From Candidatus Firestoneibacteriota bacterium (GTDB taxonomy: Bacteria; Oederibacteriota; D2-FULL-39-29), in NCBI GenBank assembly GCA_903891415.1, contig CAITEH010000012.1, positions 1,136-65,135 on the forward strand: a stretch of 64,000 nucleotides of DNA, written 5' to 3'. Position 1 is the first letter of the stretch; every line of letters begins with the position of its first letter. Below the pieces are notes generated by a model that searched no databases, had not been told where the DNA came from, and saw only the letters and a list, made by a program, of their open reading frames with translations. A program made the translations under genes and the position numbers. This document shows, piece after piece, positions 19,977-28,894 of this stretch.

Positions 19977-20735
19977 TTATTCCGCAAAACCTATTTTTTT
20001 TGAGATATCCACAGCACATTTCAAAACACTGCTTTTGAAATTGTTTTTCTCTTTGAGCCGGAAGGAGGGCCCGGCTATATCAACCACGCCGGCCAATTCT
20101 CCTTTATGGTCAAATATCGGAGAGGCCATACGGAAAACCTCCGGACGTTTTTCACCGACACCGGTATTTATTTTTTCCCTTTTGAGCTTCGGCAGCTCAA
20201 CCCTGAATTTCCTGATCAGCTGCTCTGTGTCCGGGCCGGGTTTACGGAGCCTGAAAGCGTTGAACCAGTTCTCCCTCTTTTCTTCAGGCAGGAAGGCCAG
20301 AGCGATCTTACCCGGTACGTCTAAAAACTGATACATGAATCTGACGCCTACTTTTGCAAAAATATGGATAGAGTTAAAGCTTTCCAGTTTATCCACTACC
20401 AGCAGCGAGTCTTCATCAAAGATAGTAAGTTCAACAGTTTCCCCGGTTTCTTTAAGAAGTTCTTCCATAAAAGGCCTGGCTATTTCCCGCAGGTCCAGCG
20501 AATCCTGGACATTCAGGCCAAAAGTAAGAAGCCTTAAGCCCAGTTTGTAGGATCTGTTTTCCAGTCTTACATACCTTCTTTGGTGCAGGATATTGAGGAT
20601 CCTTAGCACGGAGGGCTTGGGAATATTTAGTTTTGTATAGATTTCTGTAAAAGAAAGGCCTTTAGGGCTCTTCTCAAGGAGTTCAAGGATATCCAGGCTT
20701 CTTTCAAGCGCGGGAACAGGGCTTTTTGTCTGCAT
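19977..20735 (-). CDS. IclR-family transcriptional regulator
   Basis: 252 aa. The N-terminal wHTH LERSLDILELLEKSPKGLSFTEIYTKLNIPKPSVLRILNILHQRRYV plus a C-terminal effector domain give the typical IclR architecture. Confidence 0.9.
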   Translation of the reverse strand: MQTKSPVPALERSLDILELLEKSPKGLSFTEIYTKLNIPKPSVLRILNILHQRRYVRLENRSYKLGLRLLTFGLNVQDSLDLREIARPFMEELLKETGETVELTIFDEDSLLVVDKLESFNSIHIFAKVGVRFMYQFLDVPGKIALAFLPEEKRENWFNAFRLRKPGPDTEQLIRKFRVELPKLKREKINTGVGEKRPEVFRMASPIFDHKGELAGVVDIAGPSFRLKEKNNFKSSVLKCAVDISKKIGFAE

Positions 20736-20793
20736 CTACGCTCCTTTTGTTATTGAATCTTTTCAAGGTCCAAACGCTCTATATCGTGCCTCA

Positions 20794-20835
20794 GGAGAAA
20801 ATACAGCAACTACAAGGAGTTTTTTTTGTAGTTGC
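20794..20835 (-). terminator. Candidate intrinsic terminator after the sulfatase gene
   Basis: On the minus strand, GCAACTACA (12-nt loop) TGTAGTTGC forms a 9-bp stem followed by TGTATTTTCTCC. Confidence 0.4.
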
Positions 20836-20872
20836 CTGATTCATCAGACGATTTCGCCTTCAAACCATTAAA

Positions 20873-22171
20873 TTATTTCAATAAAAAAGAGTCGCCTTCT
20901 TTTTGCAGGTGCTCTTTCAATTTTTGCCTTAGCTCTTCGCGGAGCTTCCGGGCGGACTTTCGGGAAGCAATATTTTCCAATTCTTCAGGGTCGTTTTTAA
21001 GGTCATAAAGCTCTTCTTCACCGGTTGCGTAAACCGCATACTTATGGTTCTTTGTACGGATGCACCTGATCCCCATATCGTCGGTCCATTCGGAAAAGAC
21101 CGCTTCATGTCCCTTAAAGGGTTTTCCTTTCAGAGCAGGAACAAGGCTCTTGCCCGGAAGTTTTGGATCCGCAGGAATTCCGGCTAAGTCCAGGATAGTC
21201 GGAACTAGGTCTATATGGCTGGCCATTCCCCCGGATCGGGAGGGTTTAAATACCTTGCCCTGCGGGAAAGAACGGAACTTCCCTCCTACCATATTATCCG
21301 GAGGCGCGATTATCAAAGGAACATGCAAAACACCTTCATACATGAACGGCCCTTTAAAAGCGATCCCGTGTTCGCCTCCCATGTCCCCGTGGTCAGCCGT
21401 AAAAATTACCCAGGTGTTACAGCCATAACCGGAACAATAAAGCTCTGAGAGAAGTTCCCCCAACTCGCGGTCAACGCGTTCCAGCCTTTCGGCATAGAAC
21501 TTGCGGTAGTATTGCCATCTCTCCTCGCTCCAAGCCGTCTGCCGGGCCTTCTGGATCTTTGGTTTCCCTTTTAAGGTATCAAAACGGTTTGCCCAGGGCG
21601 GCAGGGTCTTTGGAGCCGTTGCCGCCCCGTCCAGAAAATAGATGTCGTGAGGATCCAGAAAAGAGACCACCTGAAAAAAAGGCCGTTTAGAGGTTATCCA
21701 GTCCCGGTTACGCCAGTACCTGCTTGCCTCTTTGCGTGTACTTTCGTCATGGCTGTTCTCAAAGGTTACTTCAAAGCCATAATTTGCAAGGTCTCCTTTC
21801 AGATGTGATTTTCCATGATAGACCGTCTCATATCCGCAGGCCTGCATCCGGTCCCCGATAGTTCCCAGCCCTTCATTCAAAGGCGCCTCCGAGTTACCGG
21901 GAACACCCGCACGGGTCGGGTGGAAGCCTGTCATCAGGGTTGCCCGGGAAGGACAACAGACCGGGGCGGTACAAAAAGCGTTTTCGAAGGTAACGCCTCT
22001 TTTTACCAGTTTATCCATATTCGGCGTTTTCGCATTAAAATTACTGCGGACAGCTCCGATACTGTCGAAACGCTGCTGGTCGGTCATGACCAGCAAAATA
22101 TTCGGTCTTTCCTCAGAAGGATTCAGGAAATCCGGCTTTAAAAAAGAATTTTTCATGACACTTTCCCCCAA
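20873..22171 (-). CDS. Cys-type (formylglycine) sulfatase
   Basis: 432 aa. NILLVMTDQQR and the active-site signature CCPSRATLMTG (C-x-P-S-R) are present. The track start is a TTG; the ATG at 22156 (MKNSFLKPDF) is an alternative start. Confidence 0.92.
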   Translation of the reverse strand: MGESVMKNSFLKPDFLNPSEERPNILLVMTDQQRFDSIGAVRSNFNAKTPNMDKLVKRGVTFENAFCTAPVCCPSRATLMTGFHPTRAGVPGNSEAPLNEGLGTIGDRMQACGYETVYHGKSHLKGDLANYGFEVTFENSHDESTRKEASRYWRNRDWITSKRPFFQVVSFLDPHDIYFLDGAATAPKTLPPWANRFDTLKGKPKIQKARQTAWSEERWQYYRKFYAERLERVDRELGELLSELYCSGYGCNTWVIFTADHGDMGGEHGIAFKGPFMYEGVLHVPLIIAPPDNMVGGKFRSFPQGKVFKPSRSGGMASHIDLVPTILDLAGIPADPKLPGKSLVPALKGKPFKGHEAVFSEWTDDMGIRCIRTKNHKYAVYATGEEELYDLKNDPEELENIASRKSARKLREELRQKLKEHLQKEGDSFLLK

Positions 22172-22212
22172 TAATATGTTTCATATATGTAACTATTGTT
22201 TCTTATATGATT

Positions 22213-22241
22213 ATTTTAAATCTATTTATTATGCTTGTCAA
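22213..22241 (-). promoter_or_regulatory. Sigma70-like promoter candidate for the sulfatase gene
   Basis: The minus strand reads TTGACA (22241-22236), a 17-nt spacer, then TAAAAT (22218-22213), about 40-55 nt upstream of the start. Confidence 0.45.
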
Positions 22242-22252
22242 CTGTTTTAAAC

Positions 22253-22286
22253 AAAAAAGGCCCCGCTCCCTTTCAGGAACAGAGCC
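22253..22286 (-). terminator. Intrinsic terminator after the sugar-phosphate isomerase gene
   Basis: Minus-strand RNA GGCUCUGUUCC-ugaaa-GGGAGCGGGGCC forms an 11-bp stem including G-U pairs and is followed by UUUUUU. It lies 25 nt after the stop at 22311. Confidence 0.7.
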
Positions 22287-22310
22287 TTTATTATTGCTCG
22301 TAATGCTTGC

Positions 22311-23075
22311 TTACTCTATCCCCATTTTCTTTAAATTATCAAAGCTCATTTTCACGCTGTCAAAAGGATTGCCGCCGCAAAAATCCTGTTCCACGATATA
22401 CCACCTGCAATTTGTGCCCTTTAGCGCCTTAAAGATCCCCTGCCAGTTAAGATTGCCGTTGCCTATTTCAGACATTCTTATCTGGTTATAAAAAACCGAC
22501 ATGTCTTTCAGGTGGATTATCGGGCATCTGTCTTTGTATTTATTTATCCACTCTATGGGGTCCGCGCCTCCGAAGGCCAGCCAGTAGGTATCCAGTTCGG
22601 TCTGTAGATATCTGGGATCGCTCTCCTCATAAATTATTTCCAGGCCGGATTTGCCCCGGTATTTCATCAGTTCAAACCCGTGATTATGATAGACCAGGGT
22701 TATGCCGTTCTTAAACAGCAGTTCCCCCGCCTTGCTTAGCTTCTGTCCGACATTACGGTAACCGGCTTCATTCATCATATCATCCGGCGGGACCGCGCAG
22801 GCAACATTTGTATAGCCCATTATTTTGCAAAGTTTTATCAGCTCTCCGGTATTTTCAACTATGGGGTGGAACATATCATGATACGAGCAGGGAAACAGCT
22901 CATTTTCCTCGAGAATTGCTTTCAAGCTTTCCGGCTCTACCCTGCCGAACCCTGAAACCTGGACATTCTCATAGCCCATGGCCCTTACTTTTTTCAAAGT
23001 TTCTCTCATCTCAGGTTCGGTCCTGAGAAATTGCCTCAGCGAAAACAACTGCAAACCCACTTTCTTCTCTGACAT
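22311..23075 (-). CDS. Sugar phosphate isomerase/epimerase (xylose-isomerase-like TIM barrel)
   Basis: 254 aa. GLQLFSLRQFL at the N-terminus plus YHNHGFE and WYIVEQD are typical of the AP_endonuc_2/TIM-barrel family. Confidence 0.85.
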   Translation of the reverse strand: MSEKKVGLQLFSLRQFLRTEPEMRETLKKVRAMGYENVQVSGFGRVEPESLKAILEENELFPCSYHDMFHPIVENTGELIKLCKIMGYTNVACAVPPDDMMNEAGYRNVGQKLSKAGELLFKNGITLVYHNHGFELMKYRGKSGLEIIYEESDPRYLQTELDTYWLAFGGADPIEWINKYKDRCPIIHLKDMSVFYNQIRMSEIGNGNLNWQGIFKALKGTNCRWYIVEQDFCGGNPFDSVKMSFDNLKKMGIE

Positions 23076-23099
23076 TTACTTTCTCCTTGTATAAAAATG

Positions 23100-24521
23100 C
23101 TAAACAAATTTGATATTTTTCGCGAAACTTCCTATCTTAAAATTGGCTTTTTGCGGCGACGTTATTTTTTTCCCGTTAATGACAAGGTTTTCTATCTTTA
23201 CATTTTCAACCGCACTGCCCCGGCCGTGGCCGTAAATAATGGATTCCGGGATACAGGGCCCTTTTACGTCAATATTCTTAAAATAAATATTCTTCATGCC
23301 TCCGAGCCCGTCGCATTGTTTCCACATGTTTTTCTTGATCTCCAGTACGATCAGGCGCGGAGTATATACTCCTTTTCCGGGTTTATATTTCCCGTTCCTG
23401 CTTTTTTGCAGCATCGGGCGCAGGCTCCTGTCATCCATTTCGAACCTGATGTTCTCAAACCTTATGTTTGAAATATTCGCGCAATCTCCGTGCTGGATAT
23501 CCAGCGCAATAAGATCAGTCCTGATGATATCGCAGTTTTTGATAACCACATTCTTTATTTCAGAGGCGCAGGTTTCGGCGCCGAATTCCAGAGCTCTTCC
23601 CCAGTCATTCCAGATAACGCAATTTTCAACTACAACATCTCTTACCGGGCGCTGGTCCTTGTGGTCTTGTTTCCTGCTCTTCAAACCTTTAAAAACAATG
23701 CTGTCGTCAAAGGACCTGATGAAACAATTACTTATCCTGATTTTCCGGCTGTTGCAGATATCTATGCCGTCGCTGTTGTAACGCCATAAACCTATAAGTT
23801 TTATGTTATCTATTTCCACATTTTTACAGCGGTCTATGGTAACGGTCCACATATTGGGATCCCGGATAACTATACCTTCTATTTTGATGTTCTTGCAGTT
23901 ATAGAAGTAAATCGAGCCGGGGGTATAAACAGTAGGAGGCAGATCCTCCCTGGCAAAACTGCTTGAGTCGAGTATTCCTCTTCCAATTATTTTAATATCA
24001 GAAACATTTTCGGCAGAAATGGCCGCGTGCACGACTGCGTCACCCGCGATATAAACGGTCTGGCCGTCCTTAAGTACTATTCTCCCGGGCCGGTGTATGC
24101 CCGGGCCGAAATATATTATTTTTTTATTATTTTTGCCGGGTATTTGGATTTTCTCCGGATTTACAAAGACATGCAGCGGGCTGCGCCTCCCGTTAACTTC
24201 CACGACAAAATGTCCCGGCTTTTTCACCTTAAAAAAAATCTTATTTTCAATTATTTCCGGGACGAGTTTATACGAGGAAGGTTTAATACTGCAGGTTTTT
24301 ATCGGACCGGCCGGTTCAATTTCAATATTTACGGGTTTTTTAATATCCCAGTAGGCAAAAGACGCCTGTTCGGTCTGGTCCAGCGGCCTTTGATAACCCG
24401 GCCAGACCTGATTGAAAGGAACAGCGGAAACTCTTGCTTTGTATACCGGCACAGGCACGCCGCCGGCTTTCAGCTTAAAATCTTTTGACCGTTCTTCACC
24501 CTTTATTTTATATGTTTTCAT
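23100..24521 (-). CDS. Glycoside hydrolase family 28 (polygalacturonase-like)
   Basis: 473 aa. NSDGIDICNSRKIRISNCFIRSFDDSIVFKG contains the GH28 catalytic NxDG(I)D and DD motifs within a beta-helix repeat context. I see no signal peptide. Confidence 0.85.
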   Translation of the reverse strand: MKTYKIKGEERSKDFKLKAGGVPVPVYKARVSAVPFNQVWPGYQRPLDQTEQASFAYWDIKKPVNIEIEPAGPIKTCSIKPSSYKLVPEIIENKIFFKVKKPGHFVVEVNGRRSPLHVFVNPEKIQIPGKNNKKIIYFGPGIHRPGRIVLKDGQTVYIAGDAVVHAAISAENVSDIKIIGRGILDSSSFAREDLPPTVYTPGSIYFYNCKNIKIEGIVIRDPNMWTVTIDRCKNVEIDNIKLIGLWRYNSDGIDICNSRKIRISNCFIRSFDDSIVFKGLKSRKQDHKDQRPVRDVVVENCVIWNDWGRALEFGAETCASEIKNVVIKNCDIIRTDLIALDIQHGDCANISNIRFENIRFEMDDRSLRPMLQKSRNGKYKPGKGVYTPRLIVLEIKKNMWKQCDGLGGMKNIYFKNIDVKGPCIPESIIYGHGRGSAVENVKIENLVINGKKITSPQKANFKIGSFAKNIKFV

Positions 24522-24547
24522 AATATCCCCCCGTTTTAATACCGTTG

Positions 24548-24577
24548 ATTATACCGTAAACATTCCTCAAGTATCAA
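24548..24577 (-). promoter_or_regulatory. Sigma70-like promoter candidate for the GH28 gene
   Basis: The minus strand reads TTGATA (24577-24572), an 18-nt spacer, then TATAAT (24553-24548). The ATG is 26 nt downstream, with a GGGGGG RBS in between. Confidence 0.45.
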
Positions 24578-24621
24578 CAGCTCTGATAGAGCGGCGCTCT
24601 CCCGGATTGTTTTTGTTACGG

Positions 24622-25353
24622 CTATATTTCCGCTATAGCTTCCTGTTTTATCCAGCCTTTCATATTCTCGGACTTAAGAAAGATCTCCACCCAGTCTTTC
24701 CTTGAATTTAAGATCTGGACTTTTTTACCTTCGGGAATGGTAAAGGAGGCGGGATTGGTTTCGAGCGGGGCGGCTTTGGCTTCCACGGAAGGCGCTATCA
24801 CTATCGCCGCCCGGGTAGTTTCATTTTCAAAGATCCGCAAAGCACTGAAAATTAACACCAGACAAAAAACTATGGAGCAGCTGAAAGCCAGCCAGTAGGA
24901 AAGTTCATTCTTTTGAAAGAGCCGGTAGGTCAAAAGCCCCATCACGCTCAAAAAAGCCAGCGCCAGCAGGATACAGAGTTCATTCAGGGTCAGATAATAA
25001 TATAAAGAATTCAGAAATTTTGTCAGGGTATCTTCCACCGCGGCTTCTTTAATAAAGCTCCGGGCAAACTCCAGATTATATTTTATGTCCGCGTCCCGGG
25101 GCGCAAGCTTGAGCGCCTTCTCGTAGTTAAGTATCGCAAGCCCCGTCTTCTTGTCCTTAAAATAAGCGTTCCCCAGATTATAATAAACCTCCGCGCTCTT
25201 ATTGCCGGAGCTTAACAGGGCATTATAGGCCGCCGCGGCTTCAAAATATTTGCCGGCTTCATAAAGCTTGTTGGCTTCGTCAAAATCCGCGCCTTTAAAA
25301 ATACCAGGGGACAGGAGCACCGTAAAAAGAAATACCAGCTTGAGCAGTTTCAT
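24622..25353 (-). CDS. batE: BatE-like TPR protein with C-terminal SH3b-like domain
   Basis: 243 aa with a signal peptide, TPR repeats (AEVYYNLGNAYFK..AILNYEKALKLAP), TM helices and a C-terminal ..KDWVEIFLKSENMKGWIKQEAI. It is the last gene of the Bat-type operon. Confidence 0.72.
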   Translation of the reverse strand: MKLLKLVFLFTVLLSPGIFKGADFDEANKLYEAGKYFEAAAAYNALLSSGNKSAEVYYNLGNAYFKDKKTGLAILNYEKALKLAPRDADIKYNLEFARSFIKEAAVEDTLTKFLNSLYYYLTLNELCILLALAFLSVMGLLTYRLFQKNELSYWLAFSCSIVFCLVLIFSALRIFENETTRAAIVIAPSVEAKAAPLETNPASFTIPEGKKVQILNSRKDWVEIFLKSENMKGWIKQEAIAEI

Positions 25354-27119
25354 AAGCCCGCCTTTTCAATTTTAATAATAATTTCTTTAAGAGCCGCCGC
25401 CAGCCCCGCAAGATCGGTTTTTTCTTTGCCGGCCGGGGCAAACCTGTTAAAATGCAGTTCTTCTAAAAGCCCGGCCGCAAGATCCGCCAGTTCCCGGTCC
25501 TTTATTTTTTCCGCGAGAATATCCCTGATTTCCGCGACGGAAAGCCCGGCGGCAGGCCTGTTTATTTTATCCCCGATGTATTCCGCGAAAATGTTCTCAA
25601 GTTCTCCCAGGCATTCCGCCTGCTTGCCGGAAGCTATATCCCGGCTGACTTTTTTCAAACATTTTTGAGATCTGGAATAAGCCCGGGAGGCCTTGAAATA
25701 AGCCCTGTTTTGCTCCTTGGAACTCCGGTATTTCAACAGGAGCAGAATAAAAAGCCAGGCCAGCAAAGGCACGCTGCTTAAAACGAGATAAGCCGGCGAG
25801 CGGTAAAATACTTTTTTCCCGTAGGTAAAACTGCCGGCCTGTTTGATATGCCGTATATCAGACCCGAATACTTTTACGCCTTCAGGAGCGGGCAAAGAAG
25901 GCAGGCCCGCGTAACCCGCATCTTCTTTCGGTCCCTGGGTGACGTTGACCGTGAGCGGGTTGGAACTCAAAGTTTTATATTTTTTCTCCCCGTAGTCAAA
26001 ATATGAATACCTGACCGCGGGTATAACGAGCTTGCCCGCTTTTCTCGGGACCAGCACCGTCTTGAATATCTTGGCGCCCTTCACCTCGAAATTATCTTTA
26101 TTGATATTTATTTCCGAGACTGTTTCATATTTTTTAAACTCGTCGGAAAGGAGGAGCCGGGGTTCGGCGATGGATTTGATGTTCCCGCTCCCGGCCAGAG
26201 TGACCGTAAGCGTGACCGCGTCATTGGTCTTAACTTCACGCTTGTCAAGGGTTACTGCAAGGTTCAGCCGGCCCACCGTCCCCGAGAAATTATCCGGCTT
26301 GCCTTCCGCGGGCAGGGGCATTACGGTTATATTCACGGGTTTGCTTTCCAGCCTGATATTTTTTCCGTTGTTAAAGAACCCGGCGAAGAAATCATCATTG
26401 CCGCCCCTGGCCGGGATAGTGCAGGCCAGCGTGGCTTTCCCCAGGGTAAAATCACCCTGCTGGGAGGGAAAGAGTGCGGTTTTTAGTTCGGTTACCGCGT
26501 AGCCGTCCTTATTATAATTCAACTGGGGAGGCAGGTCCTCTTTCCAGAAACCCGTGGTCTCCGGCGCCGAGTACTGCGGCTGGCCCAGAATATCCATCCT
26601 GCGGTACAACCCAAAAGACATGATGACCGGTTCGTTAACATAGGCCCGGTGCGAATTAACCGTGACCTGGATAAAGATATCGTCTCCCGAAGTAACCGGC
26701 GTGTTCCCGCCCCCGCCCGGCGCCGGGCTTTTCTGCTGCACGCCGCCCTTTACCACTTCCACCTGCAGCGGTTCCGACTTGTAGGTCCTGCCTTTGTATT
26801 CAACAGAAAAAGAAGGGATGGTGAATTTCCCCGGGCCTTTTGGCGACAGGGTATAATTATAATTCACGGAAGTGGAGGAAGAGATCCGGCCGTTGATCAT
26901 AGAATAACTCGATTGGGTGCTCTGGCCTCCGTTGTAGACATTAAAATCATTTATCTGCGGCACCTTGAGCGGCGGGGTCCCCGGGCCGGAAACGCTTACC
27001 AGCAAAACGAGCTGGCCGCCGGCTTCGACAACATTTTTGTCAAGTACCGCGGAAACGGTTATCTCGTCGGCCGCGAACAGCCCGGCTATCAATATGACAG
27101 TTAAAAAATATTTTTTCAT
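25350..27119 (-). CDS. batD: BatD-like (oxygen-tolerance) protein
   Basis: I prefer the ATG at 27119 (MKKYFLTVILIAGLFA), 2 nt after the BatC stop. It has repeated Ig-like segments, one TM helix (LVLSSVPLLAWLFILLLL) and a cytoplasmic helical tail, which is the BatD layout. Confidence 0.78.
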   Translation of the reverse strand: MKKYFLTVILIAGLFAADEITVSAVLDKNVVEAGGQLVLLVSVSGPGTPPLKVPQINDFNVYNGGQSTQSSYSMINGRISSSTSVNYNYTLSPKGPGKFTIPSFSVEYKGRTYKSEPLQVEVVKGGVQQKSPAPGGGGNTPVTSGDDIFIQVTVNSHRAYVNEPVIMSFGLYRRMDILGQPQYSAPETTGFWKEDLPPQLNYNKDGYAVTELKTALFPSQQGDFTLGKATLACTIPARGGNDDFFAGFFNNGKNIRLESKPVNITVMPLPAEGKPDNFSGTVGRLNLAVTLDKREVKTNDAVTLTVTLAGSGNIKSIAEPRLLLSDEFKKYETVSEININKDNFEVKGAKIFKTVLVPRKAGKLVIPAVRYSYFDYGEKKYKTLSSNPLTVNVTQGPKEDAGYAGLPSLPAPEGVKVFGSDIRHIKQAGSFTYGKKVFYRSPAYLVLSSVPLLAWLFILLLLKYRSSKEQNRAYFKASRAYSRSQKCLKKVSRDIASGKQAECLGELENIFAEYIGDKINRPAAGLSVAEIRDILAEKIKDRELADLAAGLLEELHFNRFAPAGKEKTDLAGLAAALKEIIIKIEKAGL

Positions 27120-27121
27120 TT

Positions 27122-27874
27122 TTACCAGTCTTCCTGCACGCTGCCCCACTGATAGTTCTTCAGCTGATTTTCCTTTTTCTTGTCCAGCGACCTCTTTTCA
27201 TCTTCATTAATGGCCTTTAAGATCCTTTCGGCGTCTTCCCTGGACATCTTATCTTTCTTTTCCCCGCCTTCATTTTTATCCTGCCGATCTTTTTTATCCT
27301 TATTTTCTTTGGCTTCTTTTGCCTGCTGCTGTTTTTGCTCTTTTTTATCCTTGTTATCTTTACCTTCTTTGCCTTTTTGTTCCTGTTTATTTTCTTTCTT
27401 ATCCTGCCCTTCCCTGCCTTCCTGCTTGTTCTTGTCTATCTGTTCCTTTATCTTCTTCCTGACGAATTCTATGTTATATTTGGCATCCTGGTCTTTTGGG
27501 TTAAGCTCAAGGCATTTCTGGTAGTACTGTATCGCCTCGGGCATTTTCCCCGACTTATAAAGGCTGTTGCCTATATTATAGTAGCTTTTGGCCTGCAGTC
27601 CAATATCTTTCGAATAACTGGCCTTTTCGTACTCCTTGACCGCTTCCTCATATTTTTCCATTTTATAATGGGCATCCCCGCTGTTAAAATGCAGAACAGG
27701 ATTTTCCGGCTCATCTATCTGCGCGTCCTGGTATTTTGAAAGCGCACTGTCAAAACTGCCTTTATTATAAAGCCCGTTGCCCGCATCCACCTTGCCTTTA
27801 AGCCCGGCAGCAAAAGCACCGGAAATAAGGCACAGCACAAAAGCGGTCAGAGCACACAGTTTTATTTTTCCCAT
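27122..27874 (-). CDS. batC: BatC-like TPR protein with Lys/Glu/Gln-rich tail
   Basis: 250 aa with a signal peptide, TPR repeats (AKSYYNIGNSLYKSGKMPEAIQYYQKCLELNP) and a ~90-aa KEQ-rich low-complexity C-terminus. Confidence 0.72.
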   Translation of the reverse strand: MGKIKLCALTAFVLCLISGAFAAGLKGKVDAGNGLYNKGSFDSALSKYQDAQIDEPENPVLHFNSGDAHYKMEKYEEAVKEYEKASYSKDIGLQAKSYYNIGNSLYKSGKMPEAIQYYQKCLELNPKDQDAKYNIEFVRKKIKEQIDKNKQEGREGQDKKENKQEQKGKEGKDNKDKKEQKQQQAKEAKENKDKKDRQDKNEGGEKKDKMSREDAERILKAINEDEKRSLDKKKENQLKNYQWGSVQEDW

Positions 27875-28881
27875 GGCACCCAGATCCCTTTCCTTTCAGA
27901 AATGAACATTTCCGTTATTATCAGTAAAAACGCAAGGAACGCGAAGTACTGATACCTGTTCTCATATTTAATATAGGTGGTGCTTTTTAATTCTTTCTTT
28001 TCCATGCCTGATATATCGTCATAGATCCTGTCGAGTTCCACGTCCGAACCTGTCGCCCTGAAATATTTTCCACCGGTTTCAAGGGCTATCTTCTGTAAAA
28101 GCATCTCATCAAGTTTCGACATTACCGTCTGCCCGTTCTTGTCCTTGCGGTAACCGGAAAAAGTTCCGTTGGCTTCAAGCAGGGGTATCGGCTCGCCTTC
28201 GGGCCTGCCTATGCCGACGGTGTAGATCCTGACGCCTTCTTTTCTGGCTTCGGCCGCCGCCGCCATAGGATCGCTGTTATGGTCCTCCCCGTCCGTGAGC
28301 AGGATCATGGCCTTATGTTTTCTTTCCTTATCCGGAAAACTCTTAATGCCGGTCCTGATAGCTTCCGCAAGCGCCGTTCCGGGTTTGGGAATAAGCCGCG
28401 TATCCAGCAGTTCGAGCAGCATCTTGGCCGCGCTGTAATCCAGGGTCAAAGGGCATTGCACAAAAGCGACCCCCGCGAACGCCACGATGCCTACCCGGTC
28501 ACCCTGCATTTTGTTTATTATGGAAGCCAGGCTGTCCTTGGCCTTAAGCATCCTGCTGGGCTTGATATCCTGCGTGTCCATACTGGCGGAGCAGTCCACC
28601 GCGATGATAAGATCTATACCGCTACGTTTTATCTCAACAAGTTTTCCCCCGATCTCCGGACCTGCCAGCGCCAGAATAAAGAAAAAGAAGGCCGTCACCA
28701 GCAGGATCCCGCTGAAGGCCCGTTTTCTGGGATTGAGCCGCGCGGAAAGCCGGGCAAAAGCGGCGGGCAGCGCCAGCTTTTTCGCGTCCAGCGCCTTTTT
28801 TCTGGCGGCATAGATCAAAAATATTACCGCGGCCGGCACCAGTATTAAAAAGTATAAAAACACAGGGTGTTGAAAATGCAT
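27862..28881 (-). CDS. batB: BatB-like vWA-domain membrane protein
   Basis: 339 aa. It has the N-terminal MHFQHPVFLYFLILVP motif, a vWA domain with MIDAS residues (AVDCSASM ... LLTDGEDH) and a C-terminal TM helix. Confidence 0.85.
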   Translation of the reverse strand: MHFQHPVFLYFLILVPAAVIFLIYAARKKALDAKKLALPAAFARLSARLNPRKRAFSGILLVTAFFFFILALAGPEIGGKLVEIKRSGIDLIIAVDCSASMDTQDIKPSRMLKAKDSLASIINKMQGDRVGIVAFAGVAFVQCPLTLDYSAAKMLLELLDTRLIPKPGTALAEAIRTGIKSFPDKERKHKAMILLTDGEDHNSDPMAAAAEARKEGVRIYTVGIGRPEGEPIPLLEANGTFSGYRKDKNGQTVMSKLDEMLLQKIALETGGKYFRATGSDVELDRIYDDISGMEKKELKSTTYIKYENRYQYFAFLAFLLIITEMFISERKGIWVPWEK

Positions 28882-28894
28882 TAGCGCGCTCCGG

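Noticed and set aside
27180-27450. Lys/Glu/Gln-rich repetitive stretch as a DNA repeat or separate gene (the + ORFs 27180-27524 and 27335-27739)
   Set aside because: It is the in-frame low-complexity tail of the BatC-like protein. The + strand ORFs are antisense artefacts of the purine-rich coding strand.
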